From Candidatus Latescibacterota bacterium (GTDB lineage Bacteria > Latescibacterota > UBA2968 > UBA8231): a stretch of DNA of 64,000 bases. Below are positions 49,367 to 58,103 of this stretch, piece after piece. Positions within the stretch are counted from its first letter, which is position 1; each line of letters opens with the position of its first letter. The stretch covers positions 3,872,001 to 3,936,000 of the forward strand of contig OZ242318.1 in NCBI GenBank assembly GCA_965208105.1. The letters run 5' to 3'. Both the position numbers and the translations under genes were made by a program. The notes under the pieces are model-generated. The model was not told where the DNA came from. It ran no database searches and was given only the letters and a program-made list of their open reading frames with translations.

Positions 49367-50383
49367 TCACGTTGACGCGCGTCCCGAAGTCAATTGCGGA
49401 CTCTCGACAAGCCCCTGCCGACTCAGGAAGTTCAGCATCACCGCCGCGCACTCTTCCGGTTTATCGAGCTGCAGAAAGTGTGTCGTTCCGGGCACGACCT
49501 CGTGGTCGATCCCTGCGGCCTCGCTGTAGTCGAACTTCGGCCGGTCCGGGTCCAGGGCGGGATCTGGCCTGATGATCATGGTGGGACATCGCAGGGAGCC
49601 GAAGTCCACCGACACCGCAGGCCGCGAGGCTTCATACCAGATTTTCGCTTCGTACTCGCGCGGACATCGGAGCTCGTAACCCTGTCCGGTCCCGGACTCC
49701 CTGAGGGTCGTCCTGGCCACCAGATCGAAGACGCCCGGCACAGCCCGCTGGAAGTAATGGAGGTTGGTATGAAGTTCGGCGAGCTCTTCCCTTGCCCGGA
49801 ACCATGGCGCCCTGCGCCCGAGCATGTCGCCCGTTCGCACGGCCAGCAGCTCGAACTCCCTGTATCTCGGGCCCCTGTTGCACAGAGGCGGCGCGAACAG
49901 CACCATCGCGGAGTAACGGCTGCCCCTCGAAGGCAGGTGCAGGCCGGCCAGGGCGGAAATGGAGTGGAAGGCCCCCACTGTGGGTTTCTCGCCGTAGAGA
50001 CTTTCGATCGCTTCGAAGATGCTGTCGTGGTCGCGGGGAAAAGCATCGAAACGGTGGTCCTCCAGGGCTCCGACTTTGTTCCAGCCGTGGTTCCTGAGGT
50101 CATGGACTACCAGGTCGAAGTCGGCCGCCAGCAACGACCAGAACGGGTAGTAGAGGTCGATGGCGAGGCCATTCCCGTGACTCATGACAAGCCGGGGTCC
50201 CTCCGGATTTCCGTGGCGTCTCAGGACGATGACGGCGTCGTCGTCCACCTTTACGCTGTCAGTGGACAACGGCTCGGGTATCTCCCAGATGGCTGCCGGG
50301 GGTCCTGTCAAGATAGCTTCCTTCCTTTTCCGCCAGGAACTTAATAATCCTGAAATCCCCGTCGCCAAATATACCTCCTGCAT
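49367..50383 (-). CDS. Alpha/beta hydrolase
   Basis: SHGNGLA, DLRNHG, FHSISA elbow, THFLQLDKPE; start uncertain. Confidence 0.82.
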   Translation of the reverse strand: MQEVYLATGISGLLSSWRKRKEAILTGPPAAIWEIPEPLSTDSVKVDDDAVIVLRRHGNPEGPRLVMSHGNGLAIDLYYPFWSLLAADFDLVVHDLRNHGWNKVGALEDHRFDAFPRDHDSIFEAIESLYGEKPTVGAFHSISALAGLHLPSRGSRYSAMVLFAPPLCNRGPRYREFELLAVRTGDMLGRRAPWFRAREELAELHTNLHYFQRAVPGVFDLVARTTLRESGTGQGYELRCPREYEAKIWYEASRPAVSVDFGSLRCPTMIIRPDPALDPDRPKFDYSEAAGIDHEVVPGTTHFLQLDKPEECAAVMLNFLSRQGLVESPQLTSGRAST

Positions 50384-50760
50384 GTAACCCGAACCAGTTG
50401 CAGGACAGTTTCTCCATCTTTTGCCCAGCGACAACGCGTGCCGAGCACATATCGAATGCGACCGTATTCGCCCTCACAGCGCTTTGGCCTACCGGCCACC
50501 GGCGCCAGAGGCGGTCCTGCCCAGGAGGCAGACAGGGAATTCTACCCTGTGGAATGGACCCCTTATGGTTCCAAGACTAACTTAAAGACTGGCACCACTC
50601 GAGGGGGCAGGTCACAGGTCAGAACTTGCACCTCTCGTGATATACGTGATCCATGTGTACGATTTATGGAGAGGATCCCGGTTTAATGAGCCGTCAGGCT
50701 GTCCGAAAACGAGGTCGCCCCACTCTCCATGTAACCCGTACCCCATAGGAGGGGAGTGCG

Positions 50761-51801
50761 ATGCGACTAATTCTCAAGTTCGGACCGGCCCATGCCGTTC
50801 TGGCGTTGGTCATGTTGGCGGGCGGTACTGCCATGGCCCAGACAACTGCCGACCAAGTCGTGGACGATGAAACCCTCAAGGCCTTCGTCGAAGGGGCGAA
50901 GGCGGAAATCGAGGCGATCACGGACGTAAACGAAGGAGCAAGGCTCAGGGAGAGGCTGAGGACGGAGGGCCCCTGGAAGTCCGGATCGATGTTCCTCATC
51001 ATCTTCCTCAAGAGCGGAGAACCGTTCATCCACGGGAACGATCGCGAGGCGGAGAGCAAGAATCTGATCGGCGTCGAGGACGACAACGGACTCAAGGTCG
51101 TCGAGGAACTCCTCGCTGCCGCTGCCCGAGGCGGCGGTTTCGTCGAATACCACGACGGGGGACTAAAGACGGCATACGCAGTCGAATACACCTCCGGGAT
51201 CACCGGAAGACAGTTCGTGCTGGTCGGCGGCTACTCGCAGGACGTCTCCCATGTCCCAATCCAGACCGCAGATCTGCCGAAGCCCTCCGTCACCGCATCG
51301 CAGGTCGTGGACCGCGAGACCCTCATCACCTTCGTCGAGGAAGCGGCCAAGGTGTACAGCGAAGCCGTCCAGTCCGAAGGCTACAGCGCCCTCACCGGGA
51401 TCAGAAACGCCTTTCGGGTGGAAGGAGGGGATTGGAAGTCAGGCTCCATTTATCTATGGGTCGTCAGTGGAGAGGGCATCATCCTGTTTCACGCAACCGA
51501 GCCGTTCCGCGAAGGCAAGGAAACAGACCTGACGAGGACGGATATCAACGGAGTGCGGTTCGCCGAGGAGCTGATCGGAGGTGCGCGGCGCGAGGGTCGG
51601 AAGTTCCTGCGGTACTACTACGACGACCCCACCATCGAGGGAGACGAGGACACCGGTTCGCCGAAGCTCGGTTACGCGGTTGGCTTCTCGGTGGCCAACT
51701 CGGACCAGAAGGCCGTCATCGGCTCCGGCATCTATCTGTCAGGACAGACGAATGTCGCGCCCATTTCGTGGGGTAGTTTAAAAGGTCTTCGCCCCAAGTG
51801 A
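50761..51801 (+). CDS. Secreted tandem Cache-domain protein with C-terminal SWGSLK tail
   Basis: Signal peptide; two repeats (TADQVVDDETLKAFVEGA / TASQVVDRETLITFVEEA; WKSGS..; D..G); ends VIGSGIY..ISWGSLK; no TM or output domain. Confidence 0.75.
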   Translation: MRLILKFGPAHAVLALVMLAGGTAMAQTTADQVVDDETLKAFVEGAKAEIEAITDVNEGARLRERLRTEGPWKSGSMFLIIFLKSGEPFIHGNDREAESKNLIGVEDDNGLKVVEELLAAAARGGGFVEYHDGGLKTAYAVEYTSGITGRQFVLVGGYSQDVSHVPIQTADLPKPSVTASQVVDRETLITFVEEAAKVYSEAVQSEGYSALTGIRNAFRVEGGDWKSGSIYLWVVSGEGIILFHATEPFREGKETDLTRTDINGVRFAEELIGGARREGRKFLRYYYDDPTIEGDEDTGSPKLGYAVGFSVANSDQKAVIGSGIYLSGQTNVAPISWGSLKGLRPK

Positions 51802-51863
51802 TGGCCGCTTACCGGGACGCGGTGACCTAGGGTTGACCTTGCCTCCCTAAACGAGTCCAGGAC

Positions 51864-52050
51864 GGGTTTCGGAGTCCTGGTTTGCGGTTGATCAGGCCCT
51901 TTTCTCCCTCCCTGTGGCACTGCCTCCTCCAGCAGTAGAAGGTCTCTCAAGGAATTCCGAAGTATCGACATGTCTTGAACACATTCCCACTTGAGCAAGC
52001 ATGCTCTAAGACCCTGATTTTACGCCGGATATCTCTTTTTCTTGAATCAT
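51864..52050 (-). pseudogene. IS481-family transposase N-terminal remnant
   Basis: KRDIRRKIRVLEHA..GNVFKTCRYFGIP*ETFYCWRR..GEKGLINRKP with frameshift and stop. Confidence 0.7.
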
Positions 52051-52083
52051 GCTCGACTTCTTTCTGACAGGAATAATTCATAA

Positions 52084-52473
52084 CTAAGATGCAGGAATGC
52101 CAATCGAGGAGTGGATCTGTGCAAACTTCCACAGCTCGTCGACCTTTTCGAGGACACCGGTCATTCGCATCTCGAACTCCTCCCTCGTACCCTGCCATTT
52201 CAGTCGCCAGACCTGGCGCGTGTAGAACCACGCCACGTTGTTCCGTTCATGCACGTCAAGATTTATAAACTCGATGCTGAAATCCTCTGTGCTCGCAACG
52301 TGGTTTCGGTAATACGCCGCGATCCCTTCTCTCCCTTCAACAAATTCGCAAGCGTCGGTACCGATTTTTACATAGTGAGAGGCAGGGAGCATCATTGCGA
52401 TGATAGTTTCGGCATCTCCAATAACCAGGGCGTCGAAATACGCCTGCACCGTATCATGCGCATTCGGCATCAT
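52084..52473 (-). CDS. SnoaL-like / NTF2-family protein
   Basis: YFDALVIGDAE..., RMTGVLEK...WKFAQIHSS. Confidence 0.82.
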   Translation of the reverse strand: MMPNAHDTVQAYFDALVIGDAETIIAMMLPASHYVKIGTDACEFVEGREGIAAYYRNHVASTEDFSIEFINLDVHERNNVAWFYTRQVWRLKWQGTREEFEMRMTGVLEKVDELWKFAQIHSSIGIPAS

Positions 52474-52764
52474 GAAGTCCCATTAGATCGTCCCATATAC
52501 TCCCGGGTGATTCGAAGGAAGTGCTCCTTTCTTTAGATTGCCTGACGTTCATTTGGTGTTTTTTGACGTTGTCTTTCTCGGCCTTGACGTGTACCCGCTT
52601 GCCTGTGAGTTTCTCGTGTAGGACCTTAAAACCAGCTTGATTTCGCCTGATAATTTTTGTGTTTATCTTTCCTGAAAGACCTTCTACTGCTGGCGTCGAG
52701 CCCAAGGGCCGGTCCATTTTATTCCAGGTCTAAAATCCTGGGTTTCCATATGGAGACAAACTTG

Positions 52765-53016
52765 ATGAACGAATCAGCAATTCGCCTTCGTATCGAACCA
52801 CTGGATGAAGGTGGTTTTCTTGCCACCAGTCCCGATGTCCCGGGTCTGGTGGCGGAAGGACGCAGCGTCACGGAAGCCGCAGAGATTGCGCAAGGTCTAG
52901 TACGCAAGATTGCAGAATCGTGCCTTGAACACGGTGATCCGCTACCTAGTGCATTGGAGACACTCCCGGAGGACATCGCCTCAATTGATCTTCTGGTACC
53001 CGTTAGTATGCCGTAA
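52765..53016 (+). CDS. hicB: HicB-family antitoxin
   Basis: EGGFLATSPDVPGLVAEGRSVTEA; TAATG coupling to hicA. Confidence 0.85.
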   Translation: MNESAIRLRIEPLDEGGFLATSPDVPGLVAEGRSVTEAAEIAQGLVRKIAESCLEHGDPLPSALETLPEDIASIDLLVPVSMP

Positions 53017-53243
53017 TGGGACGACTCTCGGGGTTCAAGTATCGGGATGTTGTTCAGCGCCTGCGGCATTTTGGCTATGCGTTTGACCGCCCAGGGCCGG
53101 GTAGTCACGAAGTTTGGCGTCACACACGGACAGGTCGAAAGGTAACCGTACCTCATCATGCCAGAGATATGGCTGAGGGAACGTTGCGCGCCATTCTACG
53201 GGAGGCCCGAATCGGCGTCGACGACTTCCTTAGGACTCGTTAG
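53016..53243 (+). CDS. hicA: HicA-family mRNA interferase toxin
   Basis: GSHEVW...VTVPHH...GTLRAILREA. Confidence 0.9.
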   Translation: MGRLSGFKYRDVVQRLRHFGYAFDRPGPGSHEVWRHTRTGRKVTVPHHARDMAEGTLRAILREARIGVDDFLRTR

Positions 53244-53282
53244 GTAGTGATCATAGTCCCCCTGAACACAACCACCTGCTCT

Positions 53283-54068
53283 CTAACTCCCTTCCAGGGC
53301 CTCGTCGAATATGCGACTGAAGTGCTCGAACGCCACGGTGTTGTCGACGTTCTGGCATTCGAGGGCCATGGGGGAGGTCGTCTCGTCTGTGAAGTCCCAC
53401 ACGGGCGGCTGGTCGAAGGTCCAACGGCGGAGAGAGCGGTAGTGGGGCGAGAGCAGCGCGTCGGTCGTGTCGCTCCGCGAGCCGCTGGGGTAGGCGAAGT
53501 GGTCCGGCACGAATCCGAGATTGTCTTCGAGAACCGCGTTGGACGCCACGGCCTCGGCCATGAGCGCTTCTTCTCCCTGCTCTTCGTACAAACTTCCAAG
53601 CTTGGGGTGAGTGGCGGTGTGCGCGCCGATCTCCCAGCCGGCATCGAGCAGCTCGCGGCAGTTGTCCCAGGTCAGGAACGGCTTGACCAGGAAGCCCTGG
53701 GTCATGGTCGTGATCCCTGCGGGCATGCCCTTCGATGAGGCGTCGGTGGGCTCGCTGATGACGTAGCAGGTGCCCGTCACGCCCAGTTCATCGAGAATCG
53801 GCAAGACGACCGTATGCGTGTCCAGCCAGCCGTTGTCGAAGTGCAGCGCGACGGCCTTCTCCGGCACGTCTCCCTTACCCTCCAGCCAGTCTACGATCTC
53901 AGTGGTGGAGACAACCTGCCAGCCGTTATCGAGGACGAAGTCCATCTGGCGCCGGAACTCCGATACTCCGATGACACCCGAAGCCTTCTTGTCGGTCGTG
54001 ATTGCGAGCTCAGGGTCGTCGTCCGGGAAGACGTGATGGTAGACGAGAATGGGAACACGGCTGCTCAT
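53283..54068 (-). CDS. Polysaccharide deacetylase (NodB-like)
   Basis: VPILVYHH, LHFDNG, GAHTATHP, FAYPSG. Confidence 0.85.
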   Translation of the reverse strand: MSSRVPILVYHHVFPDDDPELAITTDKKASGVIGVSEFRRQMDFVLDNGWQVVSTTEIVDWLEGKGDVPEKAVALHFDNGWLDTHTVVLPILDELGVTGTCYVISEPTDASSKGMPAGITTMTQGFLVKPFLTWDNCRELLDAGWEIGAHTATHPKLGSLYEEQGEEALMAEAVASNAVLEDNLGFVPDHFAYPSGSRSDTTDALLSPHYRSLRRWTFDQPPVWDFTDETTSPMALECQNVDNTVAFEHFSRIFDEALEGS

Positions 54069-54225
54069 GAGGTTTTGAAACTCCGATTTCGAATATTGAT
54101 TGCGGGGAACAGTCTACCGCAATCGGGATGGAGAGGAGTTGCCAGGATTTCGGCGCGTTTCAGGCGTCAACCGGGTCATGAGGGCGTCCCTCCCCCGTAC
54201 GGCCGTCCCGCCGGATGCACCCTTC

Positions 54226-55071
54226 TCAGGCGGCGAAGTTCTTGTCGTCGAAATACACGTTGTGGTCGATCGGTGTTCCGCGGGCGACCCAGACATCGCG
54301 GAACAGGGTGCGGCGCTTCGGGGGCATCGCCGCCACGACTTCAGGCGGCACGCTGCTTCGGCCCCACCGGCAGTTCACCGTGTTGTAGAGGCTGAACAGG
54401 GAGAGGCGGTCCCGTTCCTTGTTGGTCCAGGTCGTCCCGGTATGGCACAGGCCCTCGGTGAAGAGGACGACTGATCCCGGGGGGCAGGTGTAGGTCTCCC
54501 ACAGAGGGCTGTCCCGGCCGCTGACCTCGTCCGGTCGCTCGAACGCGGTCTTGTGGCTTCCCGGGATGAACATGGTGACCCCGTCTCCAGGACCCACCTC
54601 GTTCAGCTCCCACACCACGCGCGTGAGGCCCGCGTGGATCTTCCCCGGCAACATCTGGTAGAGATGGGAATTTCCACAGAGGTTGAAGTATCCGCCTCCC
54701 CCATGGGCGGCGAATTTGTCGTGGCCGAAGGGCCTCCGCTCGGTTCGGGTGCGCTCGAAGCGAAAACCGTAGCAGTCCTCGCTGGCCAGCCCCTGATGCG
54801 ACACGATCTCGTTGAGAACGCCGGCGAGGACCGGGTGATCGAGCATGACCTGGGAGGGACCGCCCACGGAGTTCCGCTCTTCCGGCGGCAGGGATTCCGG
54901 TTCCTCCATCAGCTTGTGTTGATGCTCGAGAACCGCTCCCAACTCGTCATCGCTCAAAAGCCCCGGCAGGCAGATCCACCCCTTGAGATCGAAGATGTAC
55001 CTCTGCGCCTCTGACATGGGAACGATCGGCAGACCGTCTCCATTCGTGGTTGGCAAAAGCTGGCTGGCCAT
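54226..55071 (-). CDS. PhyH-family Fe(II)/2OG oxygenase with HGG motif
   Basis: FDLKGWI, AAHGGG, FIPGSHK, FTEGLCHTG, R-x-S. Confidence 0.82.
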   Translation of the reverse strand: MASQLLPTTNGDGLPIVPMSEAQRYIFDLKGWICLPGLLSDDELGAVLEHQHKLMEEPESLPPEERNSVGGPSQVMLDHPVLAGVLNEIVSHQGLASEDCYGFRFERTRTERRPFGHDKFAAHGGGGYFNLCGNSHLYQMLPGKIHAGLTRVVWELNEVGPGDGVTMFIPGSHKTAFERPDEVSGRDSPLWETYTCPPGSVVLFTEGLCHTGTTWTNKERDRLSLFSLYNTVNCRWGRSSVPPEVVAAMPPKRRTLFRDVWVARGTPIDHNVYFDDKNFAA

Positions 55072-55238
55072 TTTCTTCCTTTCTCATTGAAGGCGGCGAT
55101 TCGGGCACCGGTTCGCCGCGATGTCGGTTGCTTCGAGCCGCAACCCCGAAGCCCGGGAGCTTCCCCGCGCGGGCGGCAGTTGTGAGCAAGGGCCGTGGAG
55201 ACCGGATGCCGCCGTCGTCCTGGGGGAGGGCATGCCGT

Positions 55239-56042
55239 TTACAATCCCTGGATCCAGGCCGCGTTCTCCGCCAGCTCCCGCAGGTCTTCGGGCCGGCTGA
55301 TCTCGTACATGAAAACCCCGTCATAGCCCACGTCGGAGAGCGCCCTGTTCACCTCATCCCAGGCGATGTTCCCGCGTCCCGGAAGCAGGTGCTCATCCTG
55401 CTCGCCGCGGTTGTCGTGCAGGTGCAAGGTGATCAGGTGCCGCCCGACGGTCCGCAGGGCCGCGGCGGGATCACCCCCGAGGTTGCGGTGGCCGGTGTCG
55501 ATCACGGCTCCAACGTTCGGCGCACCGAGATCTTCGAGCAGCGCGAGGAGGCGTTGCGGATCGCCGGTGTAGCCGCTGGGCCCGGTGTTTTCCAGGGCAA
55601 GCCGCACGCCGGCGGGGGCGGCGTAGCCGGCGACCTGCCAGAGGTTCTGCAGGAAGGCCGCGCGCTTCTCGAGCCCAAGCTCTTCCTCCGGCCCGGGAAT
55701 GGCGATGTCGTGGGTCACCAGGATGCAGCCTCCGAGGTCGGCGGCCAGGTCCACCGCCTGCCTGTGATCGTCCAGCGCCTTGCGGCGCCCGGCAGGATCG
55801 AGACTGGCCAGATCGCAGGCCGGATCCCGGTGCTTGAGGTGGATGTGAATGGAGTTGAGGTGGAACCCCATGTCGCCGAGCGCCTGTCGAAGGAAAGCTC
55901 GGAACCCGGAGTCGGCGAAATCGAAGTTGGGGTGGTAGTCGCACAGTTCCAGCGACTCGATGCCGGCTTCGCTGAATCTCGCCAGCACCTCCCTGGTGAG
56001 AGGCTCACCGCGGAACAGTATGGTCGAAGCGCCGAGTTTCAC
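55239..56042 (-). CDS. Sugar phosphate isomerase/epimerase (xylose isomerase-like TIM barrel)
   Basis: LALEN, IDTGH, LHLHDN..DEHLLPGRG, MYE. Confidence 0.88.
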   Translation of the reverse strand: MKLGASTILFRGEPLTREVLARFSEAGIESLELCDYHPNFDFADSGFRAFLRQALGDMGFHLNSIHIHLKHRDPACDLASLDPAGRRKALDDHRQAVDLAADLGGCILVTHDIAIPGPEEELGLEKRAAFLQNLWQVAGYAAPAGVRLALENTGPSGYTGDPQRLLALLEDLGAPNVGAVIDTGHRNLGGDPAAALRTVGRHLITLHLHDNRGEQDEHLLPGRGNIAWDEVNRALSDVGYDGVFMYEISRPEDLRELAENAAWIQGL

Positions 56043-56314
56043 GGCCTTTCACCTTCTTCCAACATGGCAGCCCCGGCGATGAAGCGGAAGTGATGGGCTG
56101 CGCAGGCTAACCGTCAGTTGCGTCCCAGGATGGTGGAGTTGTCGATCTCGATGCTCTCAACGATCAAACCAGGCTGCAATACAAACCACGCAATTCATGT
56201 GGTCGATTCTCCTCTTATGTATAGGAAAAAAGCACCGATATCGGTAATATGCGATTCACTGAAACGAACGCAAGGGGAAAGCAGGTCCGCAGGCGCCTAC
56301 CCCAATCCGGCAAG

Positions 56315-56343
56315 TTGCCATATATGCATAACATGCATATATT
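56315..56343 (+). promoter_or_regulatory. brnTA promoter with palindromic operator
   Basis: TTGCCA-17 nt-TATATT overlapped by perfect IR ATATATGCAT-AAC-ATGCATATAT (56320-56342). Confidence 0.7.
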
Positions 56344-56349
56344 CAGCCG

Positions 56350-56431
56350 ATGAACATCAAAGGGGACTCGGAAAAAGCCAGGAGTAACCTTGACCCGGAG
56401 AGAAAGGAAGAGTTATGAAACAGGAATATGA
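56350..56431 (+). pseudogene. brnT: BrnT toxin with almost the whole interior deleted
   Basis: N-terminus MNIKGDSEKARSNL joined out of frame to C-terminus TRRERKSYETGI*, which overlaps the brnA start. Confidence 0.7.
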
Positions 56432-56666
56432 TTTCAGTCGTGGGAGACGAGGGGCGGTAGTCCCGCAAGGGGGAAAAACCCGAATCACCATGTATGTCGA
56501 TAACGACATCCTGGATGCCTTTCGTTCATTTTCAGATGAGGCGGGGACAGGTTATCAAACCATGATCAACCAGGCATTGAGAGATTACCTTGGAAAAAGG
56601 AAGTCTCCTGTGGATGAGGATACCCTGCGTCGAGTGTTGCGCGAGGAATTGCACGCAGAGAGTTGA
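56415..56666 (+). CDS. brnA: BrnA-family antitoxin (RHH)
   Basis: EYDFSRGRRG, KTRITMYVDNDILDAF, GYQTMINQALR. Confidence 0.9.
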   Translation: MKQEYDFSRGRRGAVVPQGGKTRITMYVDNDILDAFRSFSDEAGTGYQTMINQALRDYLGKRKSPVDEDTLRRVLREELHAES

Positions 56667-56855
56667 TTTTTGAGTTGATAGAACTTTACCTTACGGCCAA
56701 AATTCGCGTAGCGGACCGGCTTTCCGGAATGTGACCGAATCGCGGAACCAGCCAAAATCCCTTTTATCCTACCATGCATTCAAGTCGACCGGATGGCGGC
56801 CGGTTGAGGAATTCAATTTCCACAAGCCGGGCAATCGCCGCACACTGTCCCTCTA

Positions 56856-56949
56856 GTGCGCTGTTAAGTATTCAGACTTGTAATTTTTCTTTCTTCGTGG
56901 TATCACTGGCCAAGGTCTAAAACTCAATGCCGACTCATTAACAGCGCAC
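56856..56949 (+). mobile_element. 94-bp MITE derived from the IS630 family at 47381
   Basis: GTGCGCTGTTAA / TTAACAGCGCAC perfect IRs, CTAG context at both ends; both halves align with the IS630 ends. Confidence 0.88.
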
Positions 56950-56966
56950 TAGCCGGAGTTGTTCCC

Positions 56967-57950
56967 ATGCCCAAACCGTTTGACTTGCTCGACCGCAATC
57001 GGGCGCCCCGCGGGGTGGCCACCTTGCTGAAGACCCCGTTCGAACCGGAGAACCGGTTGGATGAGGAGTCTTACCGGCGCCAGGTGCGGCACGTGATCGA
57101 CGCCGGTACTGTCCTGCTGATTCCCGGCATGATCGGCAGCGAGACCTATTGCCTGCCGCCCGAAGACCGCGAGCGCTGTATACAGATCTCCCTCGAAGAA
57201 TCCAACGGCCTGGTTCCGGTTTGCGCCGCGGTCTGCGGCGTCGGCGTCTACGACGTGGAACGGGCCGCCGCCAGGGCGCAGGAGATGGGCGCCGACATGA
57301 TTGCGGTGATACCCCCGCCCTGGATTGCCAGGGAAGACGATGCGGCCCGGTGCTTGGCGCAGGTGGCCGGCAGCGTGGAGCTTCCGGTCATGATCCACTC
57401 GTCGTTCTCCGGTTCGGGGCAGAAGGTATTCAGTGCCGGCACCGTCGATCGCTTGGTGCGCAGCATCGCCAACATCCACTACCTGAAGGTGGAGGGGGCT
57501 CGGGTCGTTCAACTGGCAAAAGAGTTCGGGGAGAAGAGCGGAGACCGAATCGTGCGCATGATGAGCGCGCCCAACTTCGGTGAGGTCTACCGCGCGGGGT
57601 GCGGGCTGTTCATGATGGCGGCCCATATCCTCGAGCCGGTGGTGGCCCTCTTCGACGCCCTCGAAGAGGGGGACGGCTCCGCCACGGAGCAGATCGAGGC
57701 GGACATTGCGCCCTATTACGCCGTCGAGGGGTATATCCGCGGCGAGATATGCAACAAGACGGTCATGCAATGGCGCGGCATCTTCACCGACGCCCGACGC
57801 GGCAGTCCCCAACTGTCCGACGATCCTCCAACCCTGCTTCCCGGCGAGGTGCCCATGCTGGCGAGGTCGCTGGAGCCCCTGGGGAAGTATTTCTCCTCCT
57901 ATCCCCTGGATCTGCCTCCGGCTCCCCCTGCGGAGCGCCCTTGGGCCTGA
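56967..57950 (+). CDS. DHDPS/N-acetylneuraminate lyase family aldolase
   Basis: TPF..LDEESYRRQV, GADMIAVIPP, YLKVE Schiff-base Lys. Confidence 0.85.
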   Translation: MPKPFDLLDRNRAPRGVATLLKTPFEPENRLDEESYRRQVRHVIDAGTVLLIPGMIGSETYCLPPEDRERCIQISLEESNGLVPVCAAVCGVGVYDVERAAARAQEMGADMIAVIPPPWIAREDDAARCLAQVAGSVELPVMIHSSFSGSGQKVFSAGTVDRLVRSIANIHYLKVEGARVVQLAKEFGEKSGDRIVRMMSAPNFGEVYRAGCGLFMMAAHILEPVVALFDALEEGDGSATEQIEADIAPYYAVEGYIRGEICNKTVMQWRGIFTDARRGSPQLSDDPPTLLPGEVPMLARSLEPLGKYFSSYPLDLPPAPPAERPWA

Positions 57951-58068
57951 CCGCAAGGCAGGAATCGGGCTTGCCCGGAGAGTTCAGAAGGCCTCCGACC
58001 TTGTTGGCCGACAAGCTTCTGCAGCGGGTGCTGTTTCCTCGATTACCTGGTTGCGTTTCACCACGGCT

Positions 58069-58099
58069 TTGACAAATTTACGATCTAATCGTAAATTTG
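58069..58099 (+). promoter_or_regulatory. Promoter with palindromic operator, probably leaderless transcript
   Basis: TTGACA-17 nt-TAAATT; perfect IR CAAATTTACGAT-CTA-ATCGTAAATTTG; ATG 6 nt after the -10 box. Confidence 0.72.
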
Positions 58100-58103
58100 C
58101 CGC

